A stretch of DNA of 40,046 bases. Source: Coniocarpon cinnabarinum (lineage: Eukaryota). Below the pieces are notes generated by a model that was given only the letters and a program-made list of their open reading frames with translations, was not told the DNA's origin and did no database searches. The stretch spans positions 1-40,046 of the forward strand of contig JAVECO010000199.1 in assembly GCA_051942205.1 (NCBI GenBank), read 5' to 3'. Within the stretch, counting starts at the first letter, position 1. The number at the start of each line of letters is the position of its first letter. The position numbers and the translations under genes were made by a program. Below are positions 35,121 through 40,046 of the stretch, piece after piece.

Positions 35121-35717
35121 GGTTTCGAACCATAAGATGCAGGGTAGAAGATCCGCTAGTGATCTCTGACTGGACTTACAGCTTCAGCTGAAGATGCAGA
35201 GAAGAGTGTATTAGACCTTCGGGTATTGCTGGAATGATGAGCCAAAAGCCACCAGCAATTAGAAGGGCACTTGGGCCCTAGGAAAACCAGCTAAGAATCA
35301 TGATATTACGACGAAAAATGGCCAAAGTTGAGTGCGTCTGTGCCTACCACAGGGACTCAGCAAAACGCCTCATGAAGGCATAGGCGCCTCGATCAACTGG
35401 CGGAGGCCACGAAAAGTCTCGACAGGACGTAATCGTTACTACTCATTCCCAGAGTAGACCTTCGTAAGGAGCGGTCAATGGAGAATAGATTGTGTCAGTC
35501 GAAGTTCTAAAAGACATTAGAGAAAGTTCCACACAGGCGATCTTAAGAAATCAAGCCTGCAGGCTGATCTGAGTGGAGATGCCAATGAGTTCACATTGAC
35601 AGTCCTCATATCTACGCTATGTAACTACCAGCGTAGGAGTCATGCTTTTGATCATAGATACGCTGAATCGCAGCAGTGAAATCATTCTGCCCCTACCGAG
35701 GCTTACATGATAACCTC

Positions 35718-36901
35718 TTACGTGAAAAATTTCTTGTACGCCGCCTTCTCCTGACGTTCACGCTCCTTTGCTTTCGTTTTCATGCGGCTGAGCTCGTTCG
35801 TAGCTGCTGCATCTCCGGGCACCGCCTTCAAAGCATTCTCCAAATCGCTTGTTGCCGCCTCCTCGTCTTTTAATCCCCCCTTTGCGACAGCACGTCTGTA
35901 ATATGCCTTTCCCTTCTCAGCATCGGTAATGCCATCGATGCTCAACGCCGCTGACGTCGAGGTTACCGTCTCTGAAAATTGTTGCAGCTGATTGTAGCAT
36001 TGTGCGCTATTGAGATGCATCGAAATCTTGAGCTGGTTCAGCTTCGGCATTATGTCTTCAGGGTCGCTCTCCTGGCGTTCTGGATACTCGCGTAGGTAGC
36101 GTAATCCTTTTTGGTATTTGTCAACAGCCAGTGCGAGCTCTTTGTTCTTGAAAGCCGTGTTACCGTAGCTCTTTAGATCTGTGGAGATTTTGAGAATCTG
36201 GGTGCCGGGAAGGTCTTCTTCGCCTTTCTTCTCGTCGTCCGGGTAGTCTTCATAGGGATCCCCGAGCTTGTCCGGCTGTTTTTGTGGGACAGGAGCGTCC
36301 AAATCTGCACCAGTGAGCTCGCCGCAGTCTGTGATGACGGTGTCGCGAGTCGGCTTGTCGGCTTGTGTGCGCTCGTTCTCGATTTGGCGCACGATGGATT
36401 TGCCCGCAATAACCTCACCAAACACGACATGCTTCTCGTCCAGATGAGGTGTTGGCACAGTTGTTACGAAGAACTGCGAGCCGTTTGTGCCTGGCCCTGC
36501 ATTTGCCATGCTGAGAAGAAATGGCTTTGTGTGCTTAAGTTCAAAGTTCTCATCCTCAAACTTCTCGCCGTAGATGCTCTCGCCGCCAGTGCCGTTTCCC
36601 GCAGTAAAATCGCCGCCTTGAATCATGAAGGATTTGATGACGCGGTGAAAGATCGACTTCTTGAAGTGGAGGGGCTTTCCAGACTTGCCCATTCCCTTTT
36701 CGCCTGTGCAGAGGGCACGGAAGTTTTCTGCCGTCTTGGGAACGACATCATTGTAAAGCTCGAATATGATACGGCCGACATTTCGATGACCGATGGTGAT
36801 GTCGAAGAATACGCGAGGACGCTCTGGAGAGTGTTCGTCAGTTAGAGACGTGATCATCAGTGAATGTGGATGAGGCACAAACCCGGCTTGTCTGAGGCCA
36901 T
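35718..36901 (-). CDS. CPR6: Cyclophilin 40 / PPIase D (cyclophilin plus TPR), one short 5' intron
   Basis: Spliced start [15 protein letters not shown]. Contains [32 protein letters not shown] and [15 protein letters not shown], then TPR motifs KSYGNTAFK and KAYYRRA. Confidence 0.95.
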
Positions 36902-37802
36902 GGCTGCGATGGCGGTTGAGCAACGACTCGAATGTGCTGGCTGAAGGATCGAGGTTTTCTTGTCGGGAGACGACTAGCTAACTGTGAACATCACTGTCTA
37001 CGTTTGACGACGCAAGCAACGGCGTTGAAGGCAAGGAGCAAACATCAAACTTCATCAGAAGTTCAGCCTCATTGTGCCCCACTATGGCGGCCATCTTGAC
37101 TCTTTTGAGAGGGGCGGCATTGTCACTAGCTTCTCTTTCACTGTTTTTACTGTTCACCTTGAGTGCCTCCGACTTCCCTCTGAAGCGCACCCAAGTAGCA
37201 GAGACGAGCTGCATCGTTAGATGACCCTTTTACCTGGGTTATGGTGCAGGCCGAGGAACCCCATTCTGGAAATTTTGAGTCGCCAGTATGTTATCATTTC
37301 GGAGGCCGAGCTCCGTACCTGCACCGGTGGTCTATGTTTGACTCACAGTTTGCTTACGCGAATCTGCGCGGGAATTTCATCCGTTTACCATTTGCGACTA
37401 AGGGGATGGCAAGCATAGGATCCGGGTCGCGATTTCGTGCTGTCTCCAATCCAGAGAGCAGTCAAAAGTCACTCAGGGTCGCAACAGGACTTCACTAGCG
37501 CATCGCATCAAAGGCTCCCCCCAAAGTAGATAGTAACAGCCACCGCCTTGCAGTATCTTAGGAGGTTCAATATGAAGTGAGTAGATCCGAGGCTGGCATG
37601 GCAAGGGTCGTGGACAGCATTCGGGACCGGATTTTCCAAAGCGGCGCACAAGTCTGGGCCATGAGCCTCTAGCATTGTGGAATGTCGCTACTGAAGGCCA
37701 AGAGCACAAGGGCGAAACAGTCATGCACCTCACGAAGCGCTGTGTTGTGTTGCGGCAAATACTATCGTGAAAGGCCTTGATGGTGATAAGCGGGCTTTTC
37801 AA

Positions 37803-37920
37803 TATATAGCTGATGATGAGAAATGCCCCTCGGACCGAAGTCAGAATCTAGAGCCTGACATCACTCTTCTCGCTTTCACTGCCCCTCCTTCTTCAAAAGG
37901 ACCGGAGTTCCCTTGCTCCC
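37803..37920 (+). promoter_or_regulatory. Putative gpd core promoter (TATA-like box and CT-rich tract)
   Basis: TATATA at 37803-37808 followed by a pyrimidine-rich tract near 37861-37893, about 130-220 bp upstream of the GAPDH ATG. Confidence 0.35.
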
Positions 37921-38019
37921 AAAACCACCACAACTCTATTTTCTGTTGACATCTTCCAAGCTTTCGCGAACTTGCATTTGAGTGCCTTTGCTCCATCATC
38001 AGCGCATCCTGAGAACGTC

Positions 38020-39318
<1,299 letters not shown>

Positions 39319-40046
39319 GAAGGCTGCGTCACATTCGTACTTCATAGCTTCAAGGCATCTGGCCAGTCAATAGCGTGAGATGAGAATGTTGGAGCAGGTG
39401 CTGGGCCAACTGAGACATCTGCCAATAAGGTTTGCAAGGACTGAGGAGTAGGGAGCAGTTTTGAGAGTGGCACGATAGAGGCAACGAAGATCATTTATTA
39501 CATTTGCAAAGCTCCAGGCCATCAGCTGCCGACTTGCCCCTGGCTGTGATATGTCCTACCCACGTCTCGCCTGCCTAACTAAAGCTTAGCGTTCCACTAT
39601 AACCCCGTGGCTCCGGCGGTGTGGGCGACGTAATAGAATGCACGAGCTGAGCGGTACTATGTTTGTCGCCGCTCACGTATAGAGTACGATAAGGGCTTCA
39701 CAGCTCGACACCCCCGAGTTCGGGCTCATGATCATCTGCAATGCACGCGTGCTGACAGGCGCATCTTTGACAGCGTAGGTAGGTACTCGGTAGCAGCAGT
39801 GGAGCAAGGGATCTTCTTTGAAGGGCCGGAAGGGGACTAGCGGCCGCGTCAGATCCTTTGTGCGTGCTGTCTGATTACGCCGGCGGGGGACAGTAGTGGG
39901 CGATAGCGGATATTAGTGGACTGGGAGCCCCCAAGTGCCCCTCCGAGCCCTGCTACAGCCCCTCTTTGCCAGAGCCGCGAGGCCTACGCACTCGCAGCTC
40001 AGGCCCCCCCCGCCCCGGCTTGCCCCCCCCTGCTGCCCACATCACC

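Noticed and set aside
39900..40046. C-rich GCCCC tracts at the window end
   Set aside because: Probably promoter sequence of the next gene; no defined repeat unit or RNA gene.

Overview
Gene-dense, intron-containing window from a filamentous ascomycete (Pezizomycotina; class not determinable from this window). It holds about 17 protein-coding genes, in order: RPB3, RPL39, NTA1, calcipressin, AMA1-like APC/C activator, BET4, an M20 amidohydrolase, Dicer-like 2, ATG8, a BIR/C3HC-like Zn finger-BTB protein, a hypothetical protein, ATE1, RFC5, neutral ceramidase, SPF27, Cyp40 and GAPDH. It also holds one complete 1,478-bp RIP-mutated Tc1/IS630-type transposon with 43-bp TIRs, DD39E spacing and an atypical 5-bp TSD. 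The most striking feature is the AMA1-like gene. Its roughly 908-codon frame is interrupted by two in-frame TAG codons and needs a 49-nt AT-AC intron to rebuild the conserved FRVL(D/E)AP motif. This suggests expression gated by stop-codon A-to-I editing (or readthrough) plus non-canonical splicing. All exon boundaries and family assignments were made by eye.
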